A stretch of 64,000 bases of DNA. It comes from a virus. Positions 39,463 through 51,200 of the stretch are shown piece after piece (position 1 is the first letter of the stretch; every line of letters begins with the position of its first letter). The notes below the pieces were generated by a model that saw only the letters and a program-made list of their open reading frames with translations, searched no databases and had not been told where the DNA came from. Where the stretch lies: IMG/VR virus record IMGVR_UViG_3300040801_001593, positions 1 to 64,000 of that record; one strand, given 5' to 3'. A program made the position numbers and the translations under genes.

Positions 39463-40752
39463 ATGGCAATAAAATCTAAAAGTGAATTAGAGTCTGAGTA
39501 CCTTGATAATAGTACAGGACTATTTAAAGATAATAGTGATGGAGGAATAACACCAGAGTCTTTAAGGGATTGGTGTCAAGATGCATTAGATACAGAGTAT
39601 AATGATTTGGTATCTACTTTTGAAAATCTTAATTCTGCAGGAGATATAGGAACAGGAGTAGACCAAGTTGCTCAAGGTTCTCATACTCATGATGATAGGT
39701 ATTATACAGAAGCTGAAACTTATAGCCAGTCAGAAGTAGATACAGCCCTTTCTTCTAAGTTAGAAGCTAATGATGTAGATTATAGCTTATTAGATACTAA
39801 TAATTTGATAGGTAATGGAAATGACCAAGTAGCTCAAGGAGACCACATTCATGATGATAGGTATTATACTGAAGCAGAAGCAGATTCAAGATTTCAGCCT
39901 ATAGGTGAAGTAGACTATATTGATTTTAATAGTGCTGTAGAAACTCCTTCTTTTTTAGAAGGAAGGACATTTTGGGATTCTCAAGACCATGCAATTGCAG
40001 CAATGATGGACATACCTGGTGTTATAATCCAAATAGGGCAAGAGGTTTTCTTTAGGTTTGTTAATAAGACTGGTGCAACATTAGCTAATGGTACAGTGGT
40101 GTACATAAGTGGAGCACAAGGTAACAGACCAACAGTATCAATTTGTTATCTTGATGGTCACCCTGCTCATGAGCCATTTGGTATGTTGACTCATGATGTT
40201 GAAAATAATGCAGAAGGTTTGGCAACAATAGTTGGCAATGTTAGAGGGTTGGATACTTCTAGCTGGTCAAATGGTGATGATATTTATCTTACTACTACTG
40301 CAGGGGTTCTTACTAATCAAACTCCTTCTGCTAAGTATCCTTCTTGGAGAATTGGTAAGGTTATTGCGTCTCACAATACTCAAGGCATTATCTTTGTAAA
40401 TCCAAGGATTTTAGGAGATAAAAGATTGGGAAGCCAAGTTATATCATCAACAGCGGATGCAATAACCTCTAATTATAATAGAGTTAAATTAACTTGTGAT
40501 GCTGCAAGCTTCTCCCTTACTTCTACTCCAACAATTGCTGCTGGTACAGATGGTCAAAGATTACTAATAAGAGGAGCAGATGCCATTAACACAGTAACTA
40601 TGCAAGATGAGAGAAATTTGTCAGGTTCAGGGTTAAGAATGTCTGGTGGAATTGATTTCACTTTGAGCAAGTATGATACTATTGAATTTGAATACTGTGG
40701 AACAGATTCAAAGTGGGTAGAAATATCCCGTTCTAATAACAGTGATAATTAG
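39463..40752 (+). CDS. fibre-like protein
   Basis: The motif DQVAQG-x-H-x-HDDRYYTEAE is duplicated. HxH-containing repeats of this kind are typical of phage fibre proteins. Confidence 0.55.
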   Translation: MAIKSKSELESEYLDNSTGLFKDNSDGGITPESLRDWCQDALDTEYNDLVSTFENLNSAGDIGTGVDQVAQGSHTHDDRYYTEAETYSQSEVDTALSSKLEANDVDYSLLDTNNLIGNGNDQVAQGDHIHDDRYYTEAEADSRFQPIGEVDYIDFNSAVETPSFLEGRTFWDSQDHAIAAMMDIPGVIIQIGQEVFFRFVNKTGATLANGTVVYISGAQGNRPTVSICYLDGHPAHEPFGMLTHDVENNAEGLATIVGNVRGLDTSSWSNGDDIYLTTTAGVLTNQTPSAKYPSWRIGKVIASHNTQGIIFVNPRILGDKRLGSQVISSTADAITSNYNRVKLTCDAASFSLTSTPTIAAGTDGQRLLIRGADAINTVTMQDERNLSGSGLRMSGGIDFTLSKYDTIEFEYCGTDSKWVEISRSNNSDN

Positions 40753-40760
40753 GAGCAATA

Positions 40761-41354
40761 ATGCAAAGAGGGTATAATAAGAATGAAAGATTCAAAGTAA
40801 GTTGGGATGACCAGCAAGGTATAGTAGTAACAGGTAGAGGTAGTTCATCATGGACAACTGAAGAGTATAGAGATACTAATTTCAGGATGCCATTCTTATC
40901 AAACAACCAAGATGATGATATCCATCAAGTGTATCAAATGACGCACAGATATGATGGGGAATCTAATGCAAAGCTTCACTTACATGCATTGCCAATGGCA
41001 AGTGCTTCAGGTATTGTTTACCTTGAGTATCAATGGTGTTGGCTTCCAGCAGGTGTGGAAATTCCTGCATTGTCTGGATGGAATACTGGAAATATATCCT
41101 TATCAGTAGATGCAGCAGACCAATACAAGGGCAAAATTTACTCTCTTTTAGATATGGTAAACTCTAACAATGCAGGAGAATCTTCTATATTGAGGCTTTA
41201 CATTTCAAGACTAGGAACTAATGTCAATGATACATATAGCGGTAATAAAGACCATGGAACTGGAGCTGCTAACTTTGGTATAGATTACTTTGACTTACAC
41301 ATAGGGTGTAATAAAGTAGGTACTGATAATGACCTACCTCCTTTTAATAACTAA
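40761..41354 (+). CDS. hypothetical structural-module protein
   Basis: TAGGAG RBS. 197 aa. Confidence 0.6.
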   Translation: MQRGYNKNERFKVSWDDQQGIVVTGRGSSSWTTEEYRDTNFRMPFLSNNQDDDIHQVYQMTHRYDGESNAKLHLHALPMASASGIVYLEYQWCWLPAGVEIPALSGWNTGNISLSVDAADQYKGKIYSLLDMVNSNNAGESSILRLYISRLGTNVNDTYSGNKDHGTGAANFGIDYFDLHIGCNKVGTDNDLPPFNN

Positions 41355-41363
41355 GGATTAATT

Positions 41364-41993
41364 ATGGCAATAGCAGATAAATCTAAAATAGCAATAATAT
41401 CTGGAAAGGATGAAGCAGACATAAATGACTTATGGGTAACACTTGCTGATTCTTATATACAGGCTTTATTGAACAGGGACTTCTCAGGAACTAAAACAGG
41501 TTCTGATTATTTAGACATAAGAAGGATTAATGATTTTTACACTGAATACACTGGAGTAAGAAAATTTGCTATAAGTAAATGCCCTCTTAAATCTGTTGAT
41601 GAGGTTACTGTAAACCCTGATTCTTCAGACCCTGAGACTTTAGTTGAAGGAACTGACTACTTTATTGACCTTGCAGAAGGTACTCTTGAATTTGCTGATG
41701 ACTTTATTATCAATTTAGGCTTAAGGAAATATAAGATTGATTATACTTATGGTTTTGATGATGCTCCTGATATAGTAAAAGATTTTGCTAACTATTGGGC
41801 AGCATTTATGCTAGAGTCTGACCCTGCTAAAAGCTCAGATTCAGGGGCTATTCTTAAAGAGGTGCAGATAGGTAGGTATAAGGAATCTTATGCAACTGCA
41901 AGCACTGCATTAAAGGCTAAATATAGTATCCTATACCAGATTGAACCTATAATCATTAATCTTTATAAAGATTGGGATATAGCATGCCAATAG
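41364..41993 (+). CDS. head-tail connector/adaptor candidate
   Basis: Assigned by position upstream of the neck and tail genes. The N-terminal ..EADINDLWVTLADSYIQALLNRDF resembles gp6-like adaptors. Confidence 0.4.
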   Translation: MAIADKSKIAIISGKDEADINDLWVTLADSYIQALLNRDFSGTKTGSDYLDIRRINDFYTEYTGVRKFAISKCPLKSVDEVTVNPDSSDPETLVEGTDYFIDLAEGTLEFADDFIINLGLRKYKIDYTYGFDDAPDIVKDFANYWAAFMLESDPAKSSDSGAILKEVQIGRYKESYATASTALKAKYSILYQIEPIIINLYKDWDIACQ

Positions 41994-42430
41994 TACAAGG
42001 TTTATTAGTTGAGACTTTTAAGGTATATACCTATGCAGAAGATTCCATGCCAAATGATATTGGAGAGTGGGGAGACTCTTACACTGTACCTGCTGCTGGA
42101 TTCAGCTCTGGATTCAGTTCTGGATTTGCTTCTGAATCATCAAACATGGAAGTTAAAGGACAAGTAAAGGGTAGGATAACACCTGGTGATAGCTTGGAGC
42201 CTGATGTTCTTGGAGCTTTGAAAGTCTCTTCTATTGATGTCTCTTCTATGTGGATAGGTTTCTTTAACCCAACAGAAGGATTTAAACTTGAAACTGGTGA
42301 CTGGGTTCAGTCTACTACTGATAGCACAAGAAAGTTCCAAGTTCAATTTATTGACAGATACCCAGGTGGAAAGTTTGGTCACCATTATGAGTGCAGGCTT
42401 CTAACTACTGAGTTGGAAAGGAATCAATAA
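41984..42430 (+). CDS. head-closure/neck protein candidate
   Basis: Assigned by position only. ATG at 41984 overlaps the previous stop. Confidence 0.35.
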   Translation: MPIVQGLLVETFKVYTYAEDSMPNDIGEWGDSYTVPAAGFSSGFSSGFASESSNMEVKGQVKGRITPGDSLEPDVLGALKVSSIDVSSMWIGFFNPTEGFKLETGDWVQSTTDSTRKFQVQFIDRYPGGKFGHHYECRLLTTELERNQ

Positions 42431-43050
42431 TGGCAAGTCCATATTTAAGTAGAGGGTATACTGCTCAGAAAGATGCTCAAATAAAAATTGATGATGGGTT
42501 CTTAGAGTTCTTTAGAGTCCCCATAATAAAAAGGAAAGGCTTTTTAAGAGAAGTGGAAAGAGGCATGAGACGTGCTGCAGTTGCTGGAGCTAATTCTGTA
42601 AAAGACCAAATACAAGTTATGAATGCTGTTGCATTTGGATTTATGAGAAAAAGTGTTACTTACAGTATGAAAACTAAAACTGATGGGGAGTTTCTAATAA
42701 CTGGTAAGATAGGTACTAAGGCTTGGTATGATATACTTGTACATGAAGGATTAGGTAGACATGGTGGAAGCCGTTCTGTACCTTCTGAGTATAGACCTAC
42801 TGCTGCTCAACTAGCAATTGTAGATCCTGATTGGGAGACTAGGAATAAGCCAGAGAATAGAGCAAGGTATTGGAAACCTTCTCCAAAGACTCCAAGACCA
42901 TTCCTTACCACAGGTATTAAGAAAGCTAAAAATAAAATGAAGTCAGAAGTTATGTCAGGAATCCGTAAAGGACTTAAAACTTTTAAAGGTAAGGGAAAAG
43001 GGACTCCTAGACATGATATATCTGCTTTATTCCTTGGAGGTAAATTTTGA
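42430..43050 (+). CDS. neck/tail-completion protein candidate (HK97 gp10-like by position)
   Basis: TAATG coupling. 206 aa. Assigned by synteny. Confidence 0.35.
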   Translation: MASPYLSRGYTAQKDAQIKIDDGFLEFFRVPIIKRKGFLREVERGMRRAAVAGANSVKDQIQVMNAVAFGFMRKSVTYSMKTKTDGEFLITGKIGTKAWYDILVHEGLGRHGGSRSVPSEYRPTAAQLAIVDPDWETRNKPENRARYWKPSPKTPRPFLTTGIKKAKNKMKSEVMSGIRKGLKTFKGKGKGTPRHDISALFLGGKF

Positions 43051-43541
43051 ATAGTGTTAATGTATTAAAAGCATTAAGATATGCTATTGCTAATGATGCA
43101 GAGCTTAGAAGTATTATGGGAGAAACTACTGAGAATGGTATGTTAGAAAGATTACACTATAGAGACTCCATATACTCTTCTAGGAATGCAAGTGGCAGAA
43201 GAGGTTTCAAATATCCTCACTTTGCTCTAAGTATGGATGATGATAATCCACAAATTAGAGGTGGTGATGATAATTCTGTTATGTTAGAGATTATTATTGT
43301 AAATTTGTTTAAGAATACTTCGTCTGCATTGGTTAACATCCAATTGAAAGACAGATTGAAGGAGCTGTTGGAAGATAGCCATGAGGTTGTCAATGCGAGA
43401 GGACTGATACTTTCTCCTCCTGTTAATATTAAAGTTAGGGACATTGCTTGGGTGAGTGCTGTAAACTATACTGAGAAGGAACAGGGTTCAGAGAGATTGC
43501 ACAAGTATATATGTAACATGAAATTAGTCATAGGAGATTAA
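43047..43541 (+). CDS. tail terminator candidate
   Basis: TTG start 6 nt after GGAGG. Lies directly upstream of the major tail protein. Confidence 0.35.
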   Translation: MNSVNVLKALRYAIANDAELRSIMGETTENGMLERLHYRDSIYSSRNASGRRGFKYPHFALSMDDDNPQIRGGDDNSVMLEIIIVNLFKNTSSALVNIQLKDRLKELLEDSHEVVNARGLILSPPVNIKVRDIAWVSAVNYTEKEQGSERLHKYICNMKLVIGD

Positions 43542-43542
43542 T

Positions 43543-44016
43543 ATGGCTTATCATTTTGGAATTGGTACTTTGTATGCTGGACCAGCAAATGATGAAACTG
43601 AGTTTGGTTGTATACAGGGTGTCACTCTTGACTTTGGGTTTGACAAGGCGATGCTTCACTGCGGTTCTGGTCTATACCCTTCTGATGTACGTATTCACTC
43701 TGCTAGCATTACTGGTAGAAGTCAATATGCTGATATTGATGCAGAATCTGTTTATATCCTTCTTGGTGGAGAAGGTTATACTGCTGGAGACTCTGTGGTA
43801 ACTTTGAACAATACAACTAAGCCTTCTGGCTTCCGTATTCGCTTCTTAACTACTACTGATGGAGTAAATCTACAATTTACTATGCAGAACTGTATTACTG
43901 ACTCTTTGAGTTGGTCTTTTGCAAGAACTGATTATGTAATTCCTGACTTTGGTTTCACCTGCTATGCAGATGCAAACGGAGTGGTTGCGGTTCTTAATCT
44001 TGGCGATGCTTCTTAA
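43543..44016 (+). CDS. major tail (tube) protein
   Basis: 157 aa. Directly precedes the chaperone pair and tape measure, and a long hairpin terminator follows. Confidence 0.55.
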   Translation: MAYHFGIGTLYAGPANDETEFGCIQGVTLDFGFDKAMLHCGSGLYPSDVRIHSASITGRSQYADIDAESVYILLGGEGYTAGDSVVTLNNTTKPSGFRIRFLTTTDGVNLQFTMQNCITDSLSWSFARTDYVIPDFGFTCYADANGVVAVLNLGDAS

Positions 44017-44041
44017 TCTTCTGATTATTTAGTATCTTATA

Positions 44042-44100
44042 AGAGTGAAAGGTTTGGAGGGGTTTGGCTGGTTACCTCCCTCACCTTTCACTCTATTTTA
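44042..44100 (+). terminator. long hairpin terminator/attenuator
   Basis: AGAGTGAAAGGT ... ACCTTTCACTCT, a 12-bp perfect outer stem with a G/C-rich inner stem, followed by ATTTTATT. Confidence 0.65.
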
Positions 44101-44136
44101 TTAACCAGTACATAACCAGTTTAATTAGGAGGTCTT

Positions 44137-44574
44137 ATGTCAGAAGAAGCTTTAAAAGAAGCTACAGAAACTATTAAGGAAGCAACTACAGAAGCTGCTT
44201 CTAACATCACAGATGGGATGGATAATGTTAAGGATATGAAAGGTACTTCCCAAACAGGAGTCCCTGTAACTGGAAGAAGTGGAAAGGTCTATTGGGTTAA
44301 ACCTTGTGGCATTGAATCAATTCCTCTACTTGTTGCTGAAGTCAAGAAAATTGATGATGCTTTAAAAGCAGGTAATGGCAACCCTCTTGAAATGCTCATT
44401 GCTAATGACAATGCAGTTATTAAAGGCATGGCTAAAGTTATTGAGCTTGGTGTTGATGACATTACTGCAAGTGAAGTTGGAAAAGAGTTTACTCTTGGAA
44501 CATTCCCTACAGTATATAAAACTATTCTGGACTTAAACGATTTTTTGGAAGGGATGAGGACTCTTTACCAGTAG
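44137..44574 (+). CDS. tail assembly chaperone (G-like)
   Basis: TAGGAGG RBS. 145 aa and acidic. Lies immediately upstream of the tape measure. Confidence 0.7.
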   Translation: MSEEALKEATETIKEATTEAASNITDGMDNVKDMKGTSQTGVPVTGRSGKVYWVKPCGIESIPLLVAEVKKIDDALKAGNGNPLEMLIANDNAVIKGMAKVIELGVDDITASEVGKEFTLGTFPTVYKTILDLNDFLEGMRTLYQ

Positions 44575-45215
44575 AGGAGAATAAGCGTGCAGATGTTCCC
44601 AAGTATAGCAAAAATTACTATTCTGATGTTATTGACCTTTTTGCAAAAAGGTATGGCTGGACTATTGATTATATACTTGGGCTTACTCGCAAGCAAATTA
44701 GACTTCTTATGGTTAGTGCTGGTGACCATGAACGGATGCCAGAACGTGAGGGTTCTCAGGAAAATGAATATAATCCTACTGATGAGGAACGTGATGCGGT
44801 TTTTGAAAAGGAACATCTTAGACAGATTAGAAAAGGTGTCAAGCTTAAGAAGAAATCTAAAGTGGTTGATAACATTATTGGTATGTCTATGGAAGAGTAT
44901 CAAAAATCTCTTGCACAGAGGTCAGGGAAAGCTCCTAATACTGGAAGCTCTGAGAAACAGCCTAATTCAGCTGTTAAGCAGAGGTATAGTAAAAGTAATA
45001 AGACTTTACCTAATAGGGCTGAAAACAGACCTCCTAGACCGGATGCACAGGATGTTAAGAGACCGCCCAAACCTAGTAAAGGGCTATTGATGAATAAACC
45101 TGTTGATATGAATGGTGATAATGATATGGCTAAAGTATTTAACCTAGCCAATCAAGGTAAAAATGGTTTTAAAATGTCCAATAAGCTTAGAAATAAATTA
45201 TTTCGGAGAAAATAA
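44137..45215 (+). CDS. tail assembly chaperone G-T fusion (via -1 frameshift at 44541-44547)
   Basis: The -1 frame continues as ..FFGRDEDSLPVEENKRADVPKYSKNYYSDVIDLFAKRYGWTIDYILGLTRKQIRLL.. and joins track ORF 44709..45215. Its stop overlaps the tape measure ATG (TAATG). Confidence 0.65.
44541..44547 (+). promoter_or_regulatory. -1 programmed ribosomal frameshift slippery heptamer T_TTT_TTG
   Basis: The zero frame reads GAT TTT TTG. I translated the -1 frame, and it is open from here to the stop at 45213-45215. Confidence 0.7.
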
Positions 45216-48200
45216 TGGCTCAGGAAATATTAGGGAGTGGTATATTTGAGATTGGCTTTAGGGGTAATGCTAATGATGTTAATAAATTTAGAGACAGCAT
45301 AAAGCAACTTTCCTCTCCAGCCAGTCAAGTAGCTTCTTCATTTAAGAATGTAAATACTGGTGTTCAAAACTTTAATGTGAACATAAGGCAAGCAGGTCAA
45401 GCCACCCAAGGCTTCTCAGCATCACTAGGGAATTTCTCTAAGGAGATGTTCTTTACTGCTACTGCTATTGGGGCAGTTAATGTTGCGCTTTTAGCTCTTA
45501 ATAGGAGTGTGGCAGAGACTGCTTTTGGGTTTGACCGTAACATGACTATGATTAAGGCAGTAACTAATGCCTCAGCATCAGAGTTTGAGAAACTTGGTGA
45601 AATTGCTCGTGATATGGGTCAACAAACTGAGTTTGGAGCAACCCAAGCAGCAGAAGGTTTATTGGTCCTTGCCCGTATGGGTCTAAGTGTTTCTGAAAGT
45701 ATGGAAGTATTAGAGCCTGCCATGAAGCTGGCACAATCTCAGCAATACTCAATGGCAGAGTCTACTGAATTAGTAATCTCTCAATTAAGAGTGTTTGGAG
45801 AATCTGTTGAGGCTTCATCTAAGTTTGCAAACGTACTTGCAGCAACATCATCTAAGTCTGCTGCAGATTTAGAGAAGTTGAACCTATCCCTTTCATATGT
45901 TGGTCCAGTTGCTAATGCTGCTGGAAGAAGTTTTGAAGAGGTTAATGCTACTTTAGGACTTATGTTCAATGCAGGTATTAGAGCAAGTAGAGCAGGTACT
46001 TCACTAAGGTTTGCTTTTGCTAACTTAATGAACCCAACAAAAAGAGTAGAGAAAACTATTAAGGCATTAGGTCTTACAGTTGATAGCTTAAACCCTAATG
46101 TCAATAGTATGAATGATATTTTTGTAACTTTGGCTAAAAGGTTAGAAGGTGTTCAAAATAAAGCAGCAATAATGTTTGAGCTTTTTGGGAAGCGTGCAGC
46201 TCCTGCTATGACTGCTGTGGTGAATGAGGTCACTAGGAATAATGATGCATTCCAAGATATGCAAGACTCTATTACTGGAACAAATGAGGTGCAAAGGCAG
46301 TTTGAAGAACAAACTAAATCATTCTCAGGTTCTGTAAAGTTATTAAGTTCAAGTTGGGAAGAAGTCTCTTTGCAATTAGGTGATACTTTGCTACCTACTA
46401 TGAGATTAGTTATTGACTCTCTTCAGAATTTGTCAGAATGGTTCAAGAACTCAGGTGAATCTAACAAGACCGCTATTGGGTTTCTTATCCAGACTGCAAC
46501 AGTAGCAACTACATTAGCTGCAGCATTTGCATCAACAGCTTGGGTAGTAGGTACTATTGCAAAGGCAATGAAAGGCTTAGCAGTTACATCAGGAGCATTA
46601 GGAGCTGCCCTTAAAGGCAACATAGCTACAGCTAGAGCAAATAAGATAGCAACTCAAGAGCAACTTATAGCAACTACTGCATTAGATGCAGCTTTACAAA
46701 AGAGTATTAGAACTGACCTAAGAAAGCAGATGTCTAAAATAGGTATTGCAAAGTCAAGTGCAAAATTGATAGCTAGTACCATGGCTGAAACAGTTGCCAC
46801 AAAGGCAAGTGGTAAAGAAAAGCTTACAGCTGCTATGTCCACTATAAAACTTACTGCTGCTCAATATGGTCTTACTGCTGCAGAACAAAAACAGTTGGTA
46901 GCTACTATTCAAAATGTTTCAGGTCAAAAATCATTCAAAGCTGCATTGGACGCATCCTCTGTTTCTGCAAAAGGTTTAGGAACTTCTTTGAAAGGACTAA
47001 CAGCAGCACTTGGTGGTCCAATTGGAATCATTACCACACTTGCTACTATAGCACTACCTGCTTTGATAAGTTCAGTTGTAAAACTTAAGGCAGAGGATGA
47101 AGAAGCAAGGAGACTTACTCTTCAAAGAGTGGAAGCTCTTAATTCATTAAAGAAAGGATTAGACTCTGTAAGGGATAGTATTAAGTCTTTAGAGTCTGAC
47201 CAAAAGAATGCTAATAAGAGTGCTGCAGAACAAGAAGCAATTGCTAAAAGGCTTGCCAATCTGAATGTCAAAGAAGCAGATAATATAAGAGAAATTGTTA
47301 AATTGATGCCAGAGTGGATTCAGGGTTATGATAAGGTAACTGGGCAGTTTGAGTTAAATGAAGAAGCTATGAGAAAGTATCTTGTTAAAAACCAAGAACT
47401 TTTAAAGGTAGAAGAAAAAGCTGCAAAGCAAAATTTTAGTAGCCGAGAAGAAGAGTTGAAGTTCTATGAGAAAGAATTAGAGAATATAAGAGAGAAGATT
47501 TCACTAACAAGTGAAACTTTGCAACAAGATAAGGAAGCTATTGGTAATACCAAGAGGAGACTAGAAGCAGAAAGAAAAATGGCTCAAACTCTTAGCACAA
47601 TTGTTACACCAGAAGGAGAAGACCCTAGTTCTGAGGCTATGATTCAAGCACAAGAAGATTTATCAAAGTATAATGATAAGATAGATGAAACTGGAGGCAA
47701 GTTAAGAAAATTAATAGATGCTCACCAATCTCTTTCAGAGAAGATTGAAAGGTTGGGAGGAGTTGCTGATAGTACTGGTGATGAGGTTATTAACTTAGGT
47801 CAAGATGGTTCAGATTCTGCCGATAAGTTTAGTGACAGCTTAGACAAATTAATCTTGAATCTTGAAAAGCTTAGACAGAAACTCTTAGATATTGAAAACC
47901 AAAGGAAAAGAGAAATTGATGTCCTTAATACTGCATCCCAATTTGATAGGGAGATGCTAAAGATAACTAATGCAGGGCTTAAAGAAAAGGAAGGGCTTCT
48001 TGCTAGTGTCCAAGAGAAAGAAAAGGAGCTTGCAGCTTTAAAGAAGGAACAAGCTCAAGGTGATAATTTAGTATCTGAAGAAGATATGGCAAAGGCAGAG
48101 AAAGCTCTTAAATCTGTACAAGACCAATATACAAAGACTGCCAGAGTTATAACTGAAAAATCTAAAATTATGGGAGGACAACTTAAGGAAAAGACCCTTA

Positions 48201-51200
48201 AGGCAATGAAAGATTCCACCAATGGTATAATTAATGCTACTGAAGAGATGCAGAGGAAAATTGAAGAATTTGCAGGGCTAAATTACTCTACTATGGTAGA
48301 GAGGGTGCAGTCTGAGAAGCAATTAAAGATTGATGCTATAAATGAAGAGATTGAGGGGATTAAAAAAGGACTCTCTAAAGATGAAAGCATAAGAAAAGAA
48401 CAAATAAAGAAAATTGAAGCTTTAGAAAAGCAGAAGAAGAAAATTGCTGAAGATACTCAACAAGAGATATATGAAGTTGCTTTAGAGTATGAAAAGAAAA
48501 GGGCAGAGCTTGAGCTGATAAGATTAAGGAATATGGGGGCTGGTGATGATACCCTGACTCAATTGAAAATAAAACAGTTGAAAGAATACCTTGAAAAATT
48601 AGAAGCTGCAGGCAAGACAGAAACAGATATATATGCAAAAACTAAAGCAGAGATGCAAGACATTGAAGATTCTTTCTTAGATAAAACTCTTGATAAATGG
48701 GAAGAGTGGGGAGGAGTAGTAAGGTCAATTGTAAAATCTATTGCTCCTGAATTTGAGTATTTAATAGATATACTTGAAGATACAATTGACCTTGTTAAAG
48801 GTATTGTTTCAGAGAATTATGCAGAAGCTGCTGCTTCATTAGTTGGCATAGTTACCACTATAGTAAGTAAAGTCAAACAGAACAGAGAAGATGCAGAGAA
48901 GAGAAGAATAGAGCAAATAGAAAAGCTTGCAAAGTATGAAACAGAGTTAGTACAAAGTACTCTTGATTTAAGGGATGCATTTGTTACTGTGGCAAGAGAT
49001 GTCCTTTCAATAAGTGGGTCTCAAGAAGGTGCAACTATGAATTGGGAGGATGCAGCAGAGGGTATTATAAAAGCAGCCTCAACAGCAAATGAACAACCTG
49101 TGGACACTACTATAAATGCTGTAGAAGAAATGTTCAAGCTCATACCTAAAGACATTGCTATGGAAATAATGAAGGGAGGAGAGGCTGGAGATAAGGCGCT
49201 GAAAGATTGGCTACAAAAATATTTCCCATCTGACAAGTCTATATATGCAGGTGCAACACTTATAGGGACTAAAGATATCCAACAAAAGAGCATTAAGGAT
49301 GAAACAGGTATCAATAATGCTCAAATGGAAGCTTTGTGGCAAACATTTATAGAAAGCGGTATGGTGCAGTCCAATAGAAGTGGGTCAAGAGCAACTTTTG
49401 ATTACAATCTTGACCCGCAATTCTTAACAGCAATGGGAACAGCAATGACCTCTTTCTATACTAATAGGCTTAGAGAACAAGCTCTTGGAGGCATAATAGA
49501 TCCAGATTCTGCTACTATGAGCTTTGATGAGCTTACTGGAACAATTGCAGATAGTGTGAGCAAACTTCAAGAGATAGCAGTACAAACTGATGGAAAGGGT
49601 AAGTCTCCTGTTGTAACTGAAGATTTTATAAGTATGGTAGAAAGGCTATTTGAAAGAAGAATGGCATCTGCTGAAAATGAAGAGGACATAGCAAAAGCAT
49701 TTTCAGATAGGTTCTCTCAATTAGCATTTGTGAAGAGAACAGAGGCGCTTTGGAGCCAACTATCTACCACAAGGCAGATAGATTTACAAGATGAGTTCTT
49801 AAATATGGATAAAAATCAGAAAGATTTCAACAAGGCTCTTTCTGATTTTAGAGAAGGCAATCTTGCTACTGAAGATAATGAAGAGTTGAAGGAGTATGCA
49901 GGAGAACTTCAATCTGCAGCAGGAGATATAGCTGCTGCATTTGACTCTGGAGCATTGACTTATAAAGAGGCAGTATCTGCTCTTGACAAAATAGAAGCCA
50001 ATTTAAGTAAAGTGCCAAAGCAAATGAGGACAGCTATTGAGGATTCTATAAGGAGCGCAAGAATAGATGTACTAAGTGGAGAGCAGGATAAAAAGACTGC
50101 GGGAGAGGAATCTTTAGAAAAGGTGAATAATCTTACTGAGGAATACCTCTCTAATATAGACAGGGTAAAAGAAGAGACTGATGATATAATAAATAGTTGG
50201 TATGATTTAATAGCAGAAAAGGACAACATAACCAATCAATTCATTAAAGAGTCCCAACAATTATCTAAAGAGTCTGATAAAAGAATATCTGAACTGGAAA
50301 GTGAAAGAAGTGCAATACTTGGAACATTTGACTTTAGCCAGACTCAATCTATCCGCTCTAATCTATTCCAAAAAGTGTCAGAAGCAGATAAGAAGATTTC
50401 TGATGAAAGGAAAAGTGCTGCAAGAGAGCTTTTGGAACTTGAAACAGAATATGAAGAAAAGATAATTGAAATAACTGAAAAGATGTCTGAGTGGACATCA
50501 GAGTATGGCTCTATCCAAAAAGTGTATGAGACTGCTGCTGAAAGAAGGAATGCCATTGAATCCGAATTTGTTACAATACTTAATGAAGAAATAGATAAAA
50601 TGAGGGAGTTGTTTGGAGTCACTATGGATGTTATGGGTGCTTTATCTACTGCTTCAGGAGACACTGCTGCATCAATAATACAATCAGGGATAGATTCTTT
50701 AGGTGATACTTCTGATTTGGCAAAACTTGAAGAAGAAAGAAAACAAAGCCAGAAAGATAAAGTTACTAGCTCAGTACAAGATGCAGGTTCTTTTTCTGTA
50801 AATAGTGACCTTGGAACTTTGCAGCCAGAAGACTTTACAAAGCTTGGTCAACAAGAGTTGATTGATAGAGTGAAGTCAGAATGGCAGAAAGTGGCAGACT
50901 TGATAGCATATAATGCAAAACAAACTGAGGAATATGATAAGAAAATCAAGGAGATAAATAAAAGCTATAAAGATGGTTTGATTGATATTAACACAATGTT
51001 AGAGCAAAAAAGGCAGGCTGGAATTGATAGAGACTATAAAGACATCATTCCTCAACAAGATATTGTACAGCAGTTTAAAGATTTATACACTTATACTTAT
51101 GGGCAATGGGATGATTCCTTACTTGCAAGTGGACCAAAATCTATGGTTCAAACATCTAACCAGAATGCAGGAGGTTATTCTATTCCAAGTGCTGCAGGAC

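Noticed and set aside
44587-45090. 167-aa ORF in the same frame as the chaperone, after its stop (possible readthrough)
   Set aside because: The -1 frame has a textbook slippery heptamer and is open all the way to the tape measure start. This ORF has an implausible L/R/K-rich composition and no RBS.
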